DNA of 64,000 nucleotides from positions 44,640,001 to 44,704,000 of the forward strand of contig NC_043006.1 of assembly GCF_006345805.1 (NCBI RefSeq). Reading direction: 5' to 3'. Shown piece by piece: positions 1-12,465 of this stretch. The DNA is from Octopus sinensis. Taxonomy: Eukaryota. How positions within the stretch are numbered: the stretch's first letter is position 1; the number at the start of each line of letters is the position of its first letter. Position numbers and translations under genes: made by a program. The notes beneath the pieces are model-generated. The model was given only the letters and a program-made list of their open reading frames with translations, made no database searches and was not told the DNA's origin.

Positions 1-166
1 AGATTAAAGGTAGGCAAAAGTAGGTAAACAGGAAAGGTAGACATATGTGATGGTGCAAGCAAAAACTATTAACATGGTGAAAAATTTGAAATGGTGTTTT
101 ATGTTTTTTTCAGAAAGAGCATAATTCATGGATTTCAGTACACTTTAAATTTTTCAAATATCTTAA

Positions 167-386
167 CCCTTTTGATACCAACCTGGCTGAAACCGGCTCT
201 GGCTCTCAGTACAAATGTCTTGTTTTCATAAGTTTTGAATTAAAATCTTCCACCAAACCTTAGTCACAATTTATGTTCCTAACACTAGCTTAATGATAAC
301 CAAGTTATTTTACTAAATTCTTTGTTATATTTAAAATAATTGAAAGAAACAGAGAGCATCTCAAAATAAATGCTGTAACGAAAGGG
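167..386. mobile_element. piggyBac-type MITE
   Basis: TTAA|CCCTTTTGATAC ... GTAACGAAAGGG|TTAA; related copy at ~29978-30199. Confidence 0.75.
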
Positions 387-814
387 TTAATATTTGACTG
401 AGATATGCCATTTTTTTCGGATAAGTAGATGCAACCCAGAAAATGGACCTTTTTGTGAAAACTGTGTTTGAAGTTGAGACCTTAAAGACTTCACAACTTT
501 AGCCTTTTCTCATTCAATGAATGGGTAGGACTCTTGGTCTTCAAGCTATAGTCATTTGCCACAACTAGTATTTAAAGAAGATCCAGTATTGACTTCAACC
601 CCATTTTTCTTAGTTATTTATTTTGTGACATCTGATGTGTTTTTCCATGTGCCATCACATTATGTGGCAGACACACAAGAATATATACCAGTAAGAGTAT
701 ACATGTGATAAATTCCTTCAAAATATTTTATTTTGCCTCTCAATTTTATGAAAGTGTGAATATTTTCTGACATTTTTCTCATGATTCCTTCATTTCTTTC
801 AAATTCATTTATAG

Positions 815-992
815 GTTGAAAAAGCTTATGACTTTTTGACAAATTATTCTGACGCAAAGGAACGCAATGTGCAGTTTCTTGTCACTGTTCCAGGAGGAAA
901 CCGTGGCATTTACATAAGAGATATCTGCAAACTTAACAAAATCAATGAAATATCTGTATCAGTAGAACTGTCCTACTTAGAAAATAAAACTG
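815..992 (+). CDS. TPP2: TPP2 window exon 1
   Basis: tttatag|GTT...ACT G|gtaaat; VEKAYDFLTNYSDAKERNVQFLVTVPGGNRGIYIRDICKLNKINEISVSVELSYLENKT; ends phase 1. Confidence 0.93.
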
Positions 993-1514
993 GTAAATAT
1001 TGTTTGAACAATCTATCTTCATTTCTTTCCGTTTTTTTGCAGGTTTTTTTTTTTTTCTTGTAATACCAAGTGTGGAATACTTTTGAAAATTCAAGCATTT
1101 ACATAAATGATTGGTGTAAATATTTCTCTACACTTAAAAGCATTTAACATTCGGTTGTGAATTGGAACCTGTACCCTTTGCCATCAATGCTAACCAAGGC
1201 AGATAGAATTGTTTACTCTGCTTGATATAAATTATAATGCAAGATCTGTTCCAAGATATGAAATTGATATCCATTGTTAATCTTTCACTTGATTTTTGCT
1301 TCCATAGTTCTGTATTACAATTATGAGCTGGCAGAATTGTTAGCATGCCAGACAAAATGCCTTGTGGCATTTTGTCCATATTTACATTAGGAGTTCAAAT
1401 TCCACCAGTTGAGGACTAGTTAATCGAATTGGCTTAGCCCCACCCCTGAAATTGCTGGCCTTGTGCCAAAATTTGAAACTAATATAATGAGATGTTATTA
1501 ATTCACCTTTACAG

Positions 1515-1669
1515 TGCAAGAAGATAAAATTGATTTCAATCTACAACTTTGTTTGACCTGTGATGCTTCCTGGGTTGAGATCCCATCTCATCTAGAGCTG
1601 AACACGTTCCGGTCTATCGGGGTTCAAGTTGATCCTCGTGGATTACCACATGGAGCTCATTATACTGAA
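1515..1669 (+). CDS. TPP2: TPP2 window exon 2
   Basis: tttacag|TG...GAA|gtaagt; QEDKIDFNLQLCLTCDASWVEIPSHLELNTFRSIGVQVDPRGLPHGAHYTE. Confidence 0.95.
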
Positions 1670-2011
1670 GTAAGTTATTTTTTTTTTTTATTGAACCTAA
1701 TACCTTTAGCTTTTTTCACATAATGAATGCAATAAGAGGAAGGAAATATAATATGCTAGATGTGTGACACTGAGTCCCCAAATGGCAAACCATTGGGAAT
1801 CAGTGTAAAGTATAGTTTTCAACTAGATAGAGATGATATATTTGAATGTAGGATCTATAAACAGTGTCTTAACAACAGCAGTAATAATTGTATTCCTATC
1901 ATTTTGTTTTCTCAAGGTCTTTATTGCTATTCTGTAACAAACTTACTTGCTTTCATCTCATATATATGATGTGTTCAATTGTTATCAAACAAGTACGCTA
2001 TGAACCTTGGG

Positions 2012-2270
2012 GATGTGTGGCCTTATGGTTAGGGTGTTGAATTCTTGATCATAAGACTGGTTCCAATTCCAGAACCAGGAAGTGCGTTGTGTTCTCTAGC
2101 AGAACACTTCATTTCACATTGCTCCAGTCTACTTAGCTCTAAAATAAATTCCAGCAAAAGCTGGGAAGTTAATCATGTGATAGATTGGCATCCCACTAAG
2201 TCGAGATGTGTTGTAATCTTAATCACTTATATGCCATGGACACCTGGTTGAATTCCAGTCTTATGACAGA
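2012..2270 (+). mobile_element. CORE-like tRNA SINE, family E (old)
   Basis: tggccttatggttagggtgttg...acacttcatttcacattgctccagtc; shared with 30500 and 49415. Confidence 0.65.
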
Positions 2271-2370
2271 CCTAACATGGTGAACATATGTTTATGATTT
2301 TCATTAGTAAATGGAAAAGCCTCATTTTATTGTTTGTTATTTCTTGTTAATTCTTATATTTTGTTTTCAG

Positions 2371-2447
2371 ATAAAAGCATTCGATGTCTCGTGTCTGGAG
2401 AAGGGTCCTGTGTTTACTGTACCAATCACAGTTATTGTTCCTATTAA
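2371..2447 (+). CDS. TPP2: TPP2 window exon 3
   Basis: ttttcag|ATA...AA|gtaagt; IKAFDVSCLEKGPVFTVPITVIVPI. Confidence 0.93.
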
Positions 2448-3170
2448 GTAAGTATGTTTCAGTTCTCAGTCCAGAAGTCCTGACATCCTTTGAAGCTTTT
2501 ACTGAATATTTCTATTGTAAAGGATAGAATATTGCTAAACATCTGCCTACTTGATAATATAGCAGTTTGGCACAGTAATTTGAATTGATTCCAATTAAGT
2601 AGTTATGAATTTCATTCCACAGATTTCATCCATGGGCAAGTGTCTTTTACTATGTCCCTGAATTGACCCAAGATTTGTGAGTGAAATTGGGTTAAAAGAA
2701 ATAGTGTAAAAGTCTGTCAGGTAGATGATACCCATACTAGGTTGTAAACTTAATCTGTAGCCCAGTGTAACTCTACCATCTGGCCCTTGGTGGGGGCCTT
2801 TGAGAGGTGTCCAAGAATTCTGATCAGGTTTCTGGATGCACTACTGTTTCCTACGGCCATAATCTTTGACTTCTGTTTTTTCTCTCTTTCTTATCCCCCC
2901 TGCAGGGGATTACTCTTCTTCTTCTGACTGGGCTAAGGAAAATAAAAAGATCCATTACAGAGTTATAACCTTTTTACTTGCAAACTACAACTGTTTACTT
3001 AAATAAAAAACAAAAGACCTGTGTTTTTAGCCATCTCCCAGAACAAAATATCAAAATCTTGCTTGCTTAACTTTGTTAGAATAGTCAGATATTTCATTAG
3101 CAAACTATTTTAAATGCTTTTTTTGTATCTTGTATGTGGTACCTTCTTCACACATTGACCATTGTTTCAG

Positions 3171-3277
3171 AATTACTGATGATGTCCATCACACTGTTTC
3201 TTTTACCGACGTCAAGTTTAAGCCAGGACAGATTAAAAGACATTTTATTCATGTACCAGAAGGAGCTACGTTTGGAG
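3171..3277 (+). CDS. TPP2: TPP2 window exon 4
   Basis: gtttcag|A...G|gtattc; ITDDVHHTVSFTDVKFKPGQIKRHFIHVPEGATFG. Confidence 0.95.
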
Positions 3278-4006
3278 GTATTCTCACCATTTGTTTAAAA
3301 ATGTCATTTGTTGTTTTTATTTTACTGATATTATAAGACCTACATGTTGCTAAGTGTTGCTAGCTACACTGTTGTAGATGTGTGTGACTGTTGCTAATCA
3401 CACTATAATAGATTCCTTCAGTGTTGTTAAAACTATACTATTATGGGTGTCTTGCATGTTGTTAACTGCAATGTCAAATATGTTTTAATTGTTACAAACT
3501 ACTTGTAAAATGTTTCAGATGTTGCTATCTTGTTTTGTTATTTAGTGAGATACAAATTTACACTGATTTGAGATTCTGAATGTGATTAGCAACTTTTAGA
3601 ATGTTTTGATCATAATTAACTACACTATTGTAATTGGTCTCCATAGTACCTGAGAAGTTACTCCTCTGGCCGGTCTATCTATATTACCCGACAGGATTGT
3701 CAGTTCTTTGGGAAGTTATCACTCAGCTATTGAGTTTCTCACATGTTGCTAACTACATTGTTGTAGCATTTGAAAATTGGTAATTGGTATTGTGTGTGTT
3801 GTTAATTACACTGAAATTAGATCTCTGCTGTAAATACTTCTGTGTGTTGTTTATGATACCACTTCAATAATTCTGTGTTGCTAACATATGTGTGCTACTA
3901 AACACATTCTTGTAAAAATTCTTTTTTGGCCAACAAAATACGAATATTAGCATAAACAATTTCAGTCCAAGTATTTCTGTCTTTTGCCATGTGGAGTCCA
4001 CCAGAG

Positions 4007-4075
4007 CAGCAGTCTCCAAACTTTTCTGTACCACAGATCAGTTTCATGCAAAACAATTTTTCCATGGACTGGAGA
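4007..4075. mobile_element. MER1-like hAT-Charlie terminus
   Basis: cagcagtctccaaacttttctgtaccacagatcagtttcatgcaaaacaatttttccatggac resembles the MER1-type end as recalled. Confidence 0.5.
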
Positions 4076-4332
4076 TTCACATGCATAACGAAAAACTGTA
4101 AATTGCATCTCCTAATATAACAATGAGTGTAGTGTTTTTATACATTTGTGTGTGTGTGTGTGTGTGTGCATATTTGTCCAAGATTACTCAGTGGGAGGGA
4201 GTAGCAGGCTTCTTTTGGTCACTGTGTACCAGATTCTTTCATGAGGCATTGGTTGGTCATGCCATGAAGTAAGAGTACCCAATGTCATGTTTGAGAGACC
4301 AACTCGTATATATGTTTGTATGCCTTTATGTA

Positions 4333-4372
<40 letters not shown>

Positions 4373-4623
4373 CCTGCTTAGATATCGTCACCATCATAAA
4401 CGTGTGTGTATATGTCTATCATTGTTTAACGTTTGCCTTCCATGCATACACATGTTTGTGTATGTACATAAATATACATGTATAAACAGATACACGTGTA
4501 TGTATATATATATGTGTATGTATGGTATGTATGCATGTGTATGTCTGTGTTTAATATTACACATATTTGGTGATTGCTTTGTTTTTTCTAATGGGTAATT
4601 ATTTAACATTTCTACATTTCTAG

Positions 4624-4778
4624 TTTTGAAGATTGAATCAAAAGACACAGAAAAAAGCTGTCGTTTCCTCTTACACACCCTCCAGCTGTTGCCTCAGTGT
4701 CAATACCGGAAACATGAATTTGACAAGCTTGTCACCCTTTCAGACCAGGGAGAATTTGTACAGTCTTTTCCAGTCTTG
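4624..4778 (+). CDS. TPP2: TPP2 window exon 5
   Basis: tttctag|TT...TTG|gtatgt; LKIESKDTEKSCRFLLHTLQLLPQCQYRKHEFDKLVTLSDQGEFVQSFPVL. Confidence 0.93.
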
Positions 4779-4967
4779 GTATGTATCATGGTACTATTTA
4801 AAATAAAATAATAATGAAATTATTGTGTATAGTGCTCAGGTGCACTACAATTCATCAAAGGTGCATGTTCAGTACATGGAATTATGTATGAAAGTCAAGA
4901 AAGTGAAGTGTATGAGTCATGATATACATGTGTGCATACGTATGGAGGGGGGGATATCAGGTGTAGT

Positions 4968-5100
4968 CATCATCATCATCATTTAACGTCCGCTTTCCAT
5001 GCTAGCATGGGTTGGACGATTTGACTGAGGACTGGCGAACCAGATGGCTGCACCAGGCTCCAATCTGATCTGGCAGAGTTTCTACAGCTGGATGTCCTTC
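4968..5100 (-). mobile_element. SINE-like family B (RTE-type tail ending in (GAT)n)
   Basis: catcatcat-ttaacgtccgctttccatgctagcatgggttggacg...ctacagctggatg; recurs about 20 times in the window. Confidence 0.8.
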
Positions 5101-5101
5101 C

Positions 5102-5290
5102 TATGGCAAATTTCAGGAAGCATGGAGGTTTTAAGGGATGCAATGTCTAGGCAACTAACAACTGATGCAGGTAGTTTGTTCCATGCTTTAGCAACTCTGA
5201 GTGTGAAAAAATGTTTCCGAAAATCATCAGTCGATGCTCTTCACATGTGGATGCTTTTGAAAAAATACCCTGGGTTTTTTTTTTTGTGTT
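5102..5290 (-). mobile_element. CR1/L2-type LINE ORF2 C-terminal fragment
   Basis: Minus strand reads FRKHFFTLRVAKAWNKLPASVVSC, the typical RxxFFxxRVxxxWNxLP motif. Confidence 0.75.
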
Positions 5291-5500
5291 CTCATTAGGC
5301 AGCCTCATAGAAATGTCCTTCAGTTAGCATTTCATACATCCTCTTCATATTTTTGTCGATTCTAACCCATTACCTATGCTAGCATGGAAGGTAGACGTTA
5401 AACAAGGATGATGATGTACCCGCCACAGCCTGTTACTGGAACTTAGTGGTCACACCATGTATTTCACTCAGTCACACTGTTTAATTATATTGAAATGTAA

Positions 5501-5881
5501 TTTTATTCTTTTCAGTCATTTGACTGTGGTTATGCTGGAGCATCACCTTTTACTTGAAGAAATCGACTCCAGGCCTTATTCTTTGTAACCTGGTACTTAT
5601 TCTGTTGGTCTCTTTTGCTGAACTGCTAAGTTATGGGGATGTAAACACACCAACATTGGTTGTCAAGTGATGGTGGTGCGATCAGACACAAAGACACACA
5701 CGCATATATAGATATAGATGGTGGGCTTCTTTTCAGTTTCTGTCCACCAAATCCATTCACTAGTCTTTGGTTACCCTGAGGCTATAGCAGAAGACACTTG
5801 CCCAAGGTACCATGCAGTGGGGCTGAACCTGGAACCATGTGGTTGGGAAGCAAGCTTCTTACCATACTGCCACACCTGCAT
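5501..5881 (-). mobile_element. tRNA-derived CORE-like SINE, family A
   Basis: Head with A/B boxes and CTTGGGCAAGTGTC, internal CA/TA tract, tail ...CAGTCAAATGACTGAAA; homologous to 8557-8957. Confidence 0.8.
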
Positions 5882-7394
5882 CTGTTTGTTTGCATTTTTA
5901 CAATATTTCATTATCAAACTTTAATATTTACCACTCATATTATATATGGAAGTCATTGATTTATTTGATGCATTTCTCCTTCAGCTTTGGTCTTGTTGAC
6001 TAATTCAGATATGTCATCTACATGAAAAAAAAAAAGTTAATGTTAGTATATTTAATGTAAAGAGATTTAAAAAGCTGATTAAATGTCAAAGTATGTTTGG
6101 AGTTATCCCCCATACTTAACCTTTTTTTTAATCTCATTGGAGTTAGATTTTTAATACTCAAGGCATTAAATTTTTGAGTTACCTTATTGTTTAATTGTGC
6201 TTAATTACCCTCTTACACCAACCACTTGTCTCCTATTTCTTGTCTGCCTATCTCTCTTGTTACACCTTTTCAATGTTCCTACAACAGCCCCATCCCCCAA
6301 AACTGTAATTTTTATTATTTTTTTTCCATCATTTCCTTTCTCTCTTTATATTCATAAAACACACTCAAAATGAAAGCTTGAAGGAAATTTTTTGTTACCT
6401 GGAACGTAGTACATGCAAATACACAATATTTGGCTGTGAGATCTTTTCTTATTTGTTTCAGTCATAGGACTAACCATGCTGGAGCACCAACTTGAAGGGT
6501 CTTAGCCAAACAAGTCAACCCTAGTGCTTGTTTGGGTTTTTTTCTTGAAGTCTGCTACTTATTCTTTTGATCTCTTGCTGAATCACCAAGTTCAGGTGCC
6601 ATAAGCAAACCAACATTGGTTTGTCAAGCAGTTAAGGGTGGCGGGTGGGGTGAGCAATGAACACACACACTCAGTGTGAGTATATGTATGTACACACTGT
6701 GAGCACATGTGTGTACACACACACACAGCATGAGTATATGTATGCACACACACACCGGGACTCAGTACAGTTTCCGCCTACCAAATTCACTTTTACTTTT
6801 TATTTTTCTACCAACTTGTCCAAATCAGCCAAGCTGCCAAAGGACTTAATCTGATTTTTTATGCAATCTCTGAAAAAATATTTTTTATAATCTTTACTTA
6901 TTGTAATCAATAAAAAAAGTATTCGATGTAAATTGGATTAATAGATTTATTATTTATTTATTTATTCTGCAAATAACTTCTTTTGCTACAAATAACTTAT
7001 TGTTATTAGATGCAATCCTAATATGATAGAGAGCATAATCAACTGAATTGCCATAGTCTAGTCTACAAGTGTCGAAAATCATTGACCTCCACTTCGTTTT
7101 GCCCCACATACAGCTTAGCATATTATTGGGTCAGTTTTTCTGTAGCTGGCTGAGTATCTCCTCGCCCCCTCTCTGTATTCTTTGGTTTCTTCTTCCTTTC
7201 AGTTTTCTAGTTTTTACCAAATGTTCAAGGCTATATCTTCTAATATGAAGTCCACTTGCACCCTTATGTTGATAAGAAGCTTCCTGGTGGTTTTAACTCA
7301 TCCAAGGACTTCAGTGTTTGTCACTCTGTCTGTATATCACTGACTCAGAAAACAAAATTTTAAATCAGAGCCTAGAGAATGAAAATAGAATATT

Positions 7395-7610
7395 CCTTTC
7401 TACTATATGCACAAGGCCTGAAATTTTGTGGGAAGCGGCAAGTCAATTACATTGACCCCAGTACTCAACTGGTAATTAATTTATTGACCCCGAAAGGATG
7501 TACGCCAAAGTCGACCTCGGTGGAATTTGAACTTAGAACGTAGCGGCAGATGAAATACTGCTAAGCATTTTGCCTGGTGTGCTAACGATTCTGCCAGTTC
7601 GCCACCTTAA
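7395..7610 (-). mobile_element. tRNA-derived SINE, family C
   Basis: Minus strand: GGTGGCGAACTGGCAGAATCGTTAGCAC...GTTCAAATTCCACCGAGGTCGACTTTG...CCTTTCGGGGTCAATAA. Confidence 0.8.
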
Positions 7611-7767
7611 TGAAAATAGAACACTGTAGTATATTTATTATGGTGCTTTACTTTGTTTCTGTCTTCTAATAATGCAAATATTAAAAATAATGACAAGGGT
7701 GGATTGGCAGAGTCCACTGCAATTTACTGTTACCTCATTAATGGTGTTTTTTTATTTTATTTCACAG

Positions 7768-7884
7768 GATAGCAATATACTGGAAGTTTGCCTTGCCAAG
7801 TGGTGGGCCAATCTTGGTGAAGTAACTCTAGACTACTCTGTCACTTTCCGTGGAATAAGTGTTGATTCAAAGCAAATTGTCATG
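7768..7884 (+). CDS. TPP2: TPP2 window exon 6
   Basis: ttcacag|GAT...ATG|gtacag; DSNILEVCLAKWWANLGEVTLDYSVTFRGISVDSKQIVM. Confidence 0.95.
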
Positions 7885-8284
7885 GTACAGTATTCTTTGT
7901 TAATTCTACTTTGCTAAATGTTAGCATTTTGTTGAGAACTTGCGTGCACATACGCACGCGCGCACACACACACACACTATGTATATTGACATATGGAAAT
8001 ACATACCATGGGCTTCTTTCAGTTCCTGTCTACCAAATCCACTCACAAGGCTTTGGTTGGCCTGGGGCAATAGTAGAAAATGCTTTCCCAACATTCAAAA
8101 CAGTGGGACTCAACCCAGAAACAAATTGTTGGGAAGCAAGCTTCTTACTCACACACCACGCCAGTGCCTGTGTGTTCAAATCCTAAAAATGCTATTCTTT
8201 TGTACTCTTGGGCAATGTAGATAACTCTGTCTGTGCCAGTTAACTAAGAGACTTTTTAATAGTGATATAAAATGGATTTTACTA

Positions 8285-8301
8285 CGTGTGTGTGTGTGTG
8301 T

Positions 8302-8396
<95 letters not shown>

Positions 8397-8456
8397 CACA
8401 CACACACACACACACACACACAACACACACACACACACACAACACACACACACACA

Positions 8457-8487
<31 letters not shown>
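8285..8487. repeat. Compound (GT)/(AC)n/(CT)n microsatellite
   Basis: Direct reading. Confidence 0.98.
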
Positions 8488-8490
<3 letters not shown>

Positions 8491-8556
8491 CATGCACTCA
8501 AACAACACTTGCTCTACTATTCTTACAAATCCTTGAATTTTCAGAGCCGTCTTAGC

Positions 8557-8957
8557 TACTCTTTTACTTGTTTCAGTCATTTGACTGCGGCCATGCTGAA
8601 GCACCGCCTTTAGTCAAGCAAATTGAGCCCAGGACTTATTCTTTGTAAGCCTAGGACTTATTCTATCGGTCTCTTTTGCCAAACCGCTAAGTTACGGGGA
8701 TGTAAACACACCAGCATCGGATGTCAATCGATGTTGGGGAGACAGACAGACACACACACACACGCACATATATATATATTATATATATATATACGACGGG
8801 CTTCTTTCAGTTTCCGTCTACCAAATCCACTCACAAGGCTTTGGTTGGACCGAGGCTATAGTAGGAGACACTTGCCCAAGGTGCCACGCAGTGGGACTGA
8901 CCCCAGGACCATGTCGTTGGTAAGCAAGCTACTTATCACGCAGCCACTCCTGCGCCA
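8557..8957 (-). mobile_element. tRNA-derived CORE-like SINE, family A (well preserved)
   Basis: Minus strand: GGCGCAGGAGTGGCTGCGTGATAAG...GGGGTCAGTCCCACTGCGTGGCACCTTGGGCAAGTG...tail GGCGGTGCTTCAGCATGGCCGCAGTCAAATGACTGAAACAAG. Confidence 0.88.
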
Positions 8958-9544
8958 TGTGACGCTTACAGCATCTAGGTTTCCCAAGCGGTCACTCATC
9001 TAAGTACTAACTTAGAATTTGCTTTACTTCGGTGATCGGATGAGAACCAGTGCTTTCAACATGATATGGTTGTAAGCCGCGGTCAGCCTGAGGCTATAGT
9101 AGATGACACTTGCTGAAGGTGCCACACAGTGGGACTGAACCCAAAGCCATGTGGTTGGTAAGCAAGCCACCACACAGCCACTCCTGCACCTATATAAACT
9201 TATATCTGCTGCAAAACAATATCAGTTATATAAAATATAGATATCCTCGATGTCATATCCTCTTAGCTATGTAAAATCTAGAAAAAAAAAGCCCTTATGT
9301 AATATAATGTCAAGAATGAAAATTTATGAATAGTCATAAAATTTGCAAGTTTTTTCAGAGAAAGGTGAATTTTGTAAGTTGCTTGTTTATAATAAATAAT
9401 AATAATGAAATTATTGCATACAGTGCTCAGGTGCACCACAACTTGTCAGAAAGTGCAATAAAAGTACATGCAGTAGTGTAAAAATGTCTGGAAAGCGATA
9501 TTTTGAATGTTTTGTATCTTGTGTTGTTTTTTTTTTTTCTGTAG

Positions 9545-9645
9545 CATGCAGCTGATGGTATAGCTCGGTGCAATGTTAAAGCAACTCTCAGGCACGAAGA
9601 AATCTGTCCGAGCGTTTGTCTCAAGTCTTTAGCACAGCCACTTCG
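9545..9645 (+). CDS. TPP2: TPP2 window exon 7
   Basis: ttctgtag|CAT...CG|gtaagt; HAADGIARCNVKATLRHEEICPSVCLKSLAQPLR. Confidence 0.93.
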
Positions 9646-9796
9646 GTAAGTTTACTTTAGCTGTTTGTTTTTCTGAACCTATCACCAGCGCAACCATCAT
9701 TGTGATCATCATCGTCATCATCATCACTACCAACATCATTGTCTTCATCATCACTACCAACATCATTGTCTTCATCATCATTATGTTATCAATCTT

Positions 9797-10015
9797 CAAG
9801 GTTGCAAACTGGCAGAATCGTTATCACGCTGGGTGAAATGCTTAGCAGTATTGTGTCTGTTTCCACATTCTGAGTTCAAATGCTGCTGGGGTCAACTTTG
9901 CCTTTCATCCATTCAGGGTTGATAAATTAAGTACCAGTTGTGCACTGGGGTTGATGTAATCAACTAGTCCCCCACCACCAAATTTCAGGCCTTGTGCCTA
10001 TAGTAAAAAGGATTA
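9797..10015 (+). mobile_element. Family C SINE
   Basis: ctggcagaatcgttatcacg...gcctttcatccattcagggttgataaattaagtaccag. Confidence 0.8.
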
Positions 10016-10148
10016 TGTTATCAATCACCTTTGTTGTTATCCGTCCAACCCATGCTAGCATGGAAAGCGGACGTTAAACGATGATGATGATTGTCATTGT
10101 AGATGTACTTGATGTACATAGCTAATAGGATATGACATCAAGTACATC

Positions 10149-10380
10149 AGTTGTCAAGCAATGGTGGGGGGACAAACAGACACACAAACACGCGCACGCA
10201 CACATACACGCACATATATGACAGGCTTCTTTCAGTTTCCATCTACCAAATTCACTCACAAGGCTTTGGTTGGCCTGAGGCTATAGTAGAAGACACTTGC
10301 CCAAGGTGCCATGCTGTGGGACTGAACCTGGAATCATGTAGTTGGTAAGCAAGCTACTTACCACACAACCACTCCTGAGC
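10149..10380 (-). mobile_element. Family A SINE, partial
   Basis: Head and internal CA tract match 8557-8957. Confidence 0.8.
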
Positions 10381-10705
10381 ACCTGTTTATTTTTTGTTTA
10401 CATTATTGTTATTATTGTTTTTCATTGCTATGCAATGTAAAGTGTTTGGCATTAGGAAGGGCATTTAGCTGTAGAAATCATAGTAAATCTGACATTGAAG
10501 CTTGACACAGCCCTGTGACTTTGCTGGATCCTGTCAAACCATCCAGCCTATGCAAGCATGGAAATCGACTGTTAAATGACAACAATGATGATTGTTATGG
10601 AAGTCTCTCTTTTTCTTATTCTACCCTACATGCTCCCACCTACTTCTTGTAGTTGTTGTATTCCTGGATCTTTTAGCTAAAGTTATTCTTTTTTTTTATT
10701 TGGTT

Positions 10706-11075
10706 GCAGTCATTTGACTGTGGCCTTGCTAGAGCACTGCCTTTAGTCAAATAAGTTGACCCCAGGATTTATTCTCTGTAAGCCTAGTACTTATCCTATC
10801 GGCCTCTTTTGCCGAACTGCTAAGTTATGGAGACGTAAACACACCAATATCGGTTGTCAAGCAATGGTTGGGGGACAAACACAGACATGCAAATGTGCGC
10901 ACACACACATATACGACAGGCATATTTCAGTTTCCATCTACCAAATCCATTCACAAGGCTTTGATTGGCCTGAGGCTATAGTAGAAGACACTTGCCCAAG
11001 GTGCCACGCAGTGGGACTGAACTCGGAACCATGTGGTTGGTAAGCAAGCTACTTAGCACACAACCACGCCTGCAT
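10706..11075 (-). mobile_element. Family A SINE
   Basis: Full head-to-tail homology with 8557-8957. Confidence 0.85.
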
Positions 11076-11171
11076 CTGTTTATTTTTTGTTTACATTTTG
11101 TGTCAGAAACTTTTCTTGCCATTTCTTGTTATTGCAAAAAAAAAAATTTTTTTTTTACTTATCTTTTGCAG

Positions 11172-11271
11172 ACCTGCTGAACACAAATTACGAAGTTTAA
11201 ATGGTCCAAGAGATTTATTACCAGAAGGGCGACAAATTTATGCAATTGAATTGACCTACAACTTCCATTTG
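11172..11271 (+). CDS. TPP2: TPP2 window exon 8
   Basis: tttgcag|A...TTG|gtatat; PAEHKLRSLNGPRDLLPEGRQIYAIELTYNFHL. Confidence 0.95.
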
Positions 11272-11822
11272 GTATATATTGCTAAATTCATTAATTTCTA
11301 TCGAGACTTCTCTGTGTGTGTATTGTTATCATTGAAACATTGTTATTCTGTTTAGTAATTTAACACTTTTGGTGCCAAGCCACACGAGATAATCTTTAGT
11401 TCTGTGATACAGAACTGTTTATTTTAACTCTTACGACACCAAATATACTCAGTTCACTGCATGAGAAGTGGAACTAAGTTAACTCATTTTTGATAGTGAG
11501 GTACTTTCTGGAATTCTCCACATTTCATATGATGTGGTATGCACATTTTATTTTCACTGGTTAATATAAAGAGGTTATGATTAGCATATTGCACTATCAG
11601 TAAAAATTTAATCAGTGCAGGGAGGGTTAAAGTGTTCATATTTAAATTAAAACTTTGTCTTAAATTCATGGGAGAACCTTCTTGTTAATTGATGTTTACA
11701 TACCAATTTTATTCAGAAATAAATAAAAGGAAAAGTTAGTTATTTTACTAACTAGTATTACCAAGTTAAATAAATTACCATTTTTAAATCTCAAAACGTG
11801 AAATATTCATCGAAAGTACTTT

Positions 11823-12080
11823 GTAGTAAAGATTGTTTGCCAACATAACATGGCAGTCCTGGTTTAGGACGAATGTTGCTGTAATTTAGCCCCGGGAGAC
11901 ATCGTCTCCAGTTGGCTATATGACATGATCTGCATTCTTATATTTTCCCTTGTTCGAAAATATAAGGACGCAGATCATGTCGTATAGCCAGCTGGAGACG
12001 ATGTCTCCCGGGGCTAAATTACAGCAACATTAGTCCTGAACCAGGACTGCCACGTTATGTTGGCAAACAATCTTTACTGC
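11823..12080. repeat. Foldback element, 125-bp arms, 8-nt loop
   Basis: Arms 11823-11947 and 11956-12080, about 8 mismatches. Confidence 0.95.
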
Positions 12081-12465
12081 ATAATAATATCAACTTTCAA
12101 ACTACTCACTACAAATATGGTTATTGCCCTTATGCTGTGTACAGAAATATCATGAACAAAGTAGTGACCTTTTTGAAATAGAAAAATTTGGAGTAAATTT
12201 TCCTTCAGTTATTTGGTTGTAGTTGAGCAAAATAAACCATGCATGTATGACAGATTCTGTTTTGGCTCAATGCACTCATTTATCAAATCCTGCTGAGGTC
12301 ATCTTTGTCTTATGTTCTTTTGGGAGTCAGTAAAAAAAAATAATTATCAGTCTGGGGCAGTGAATTGTCTGAAGTGTAGAAATGTTGAACCTTGTAGTAT
12401 TTGTTCTGGTTCTCTGTGTTGTATATCAAATTCTGCTTTGGTGCCAAAAGAAAGAAAAGCACTGT

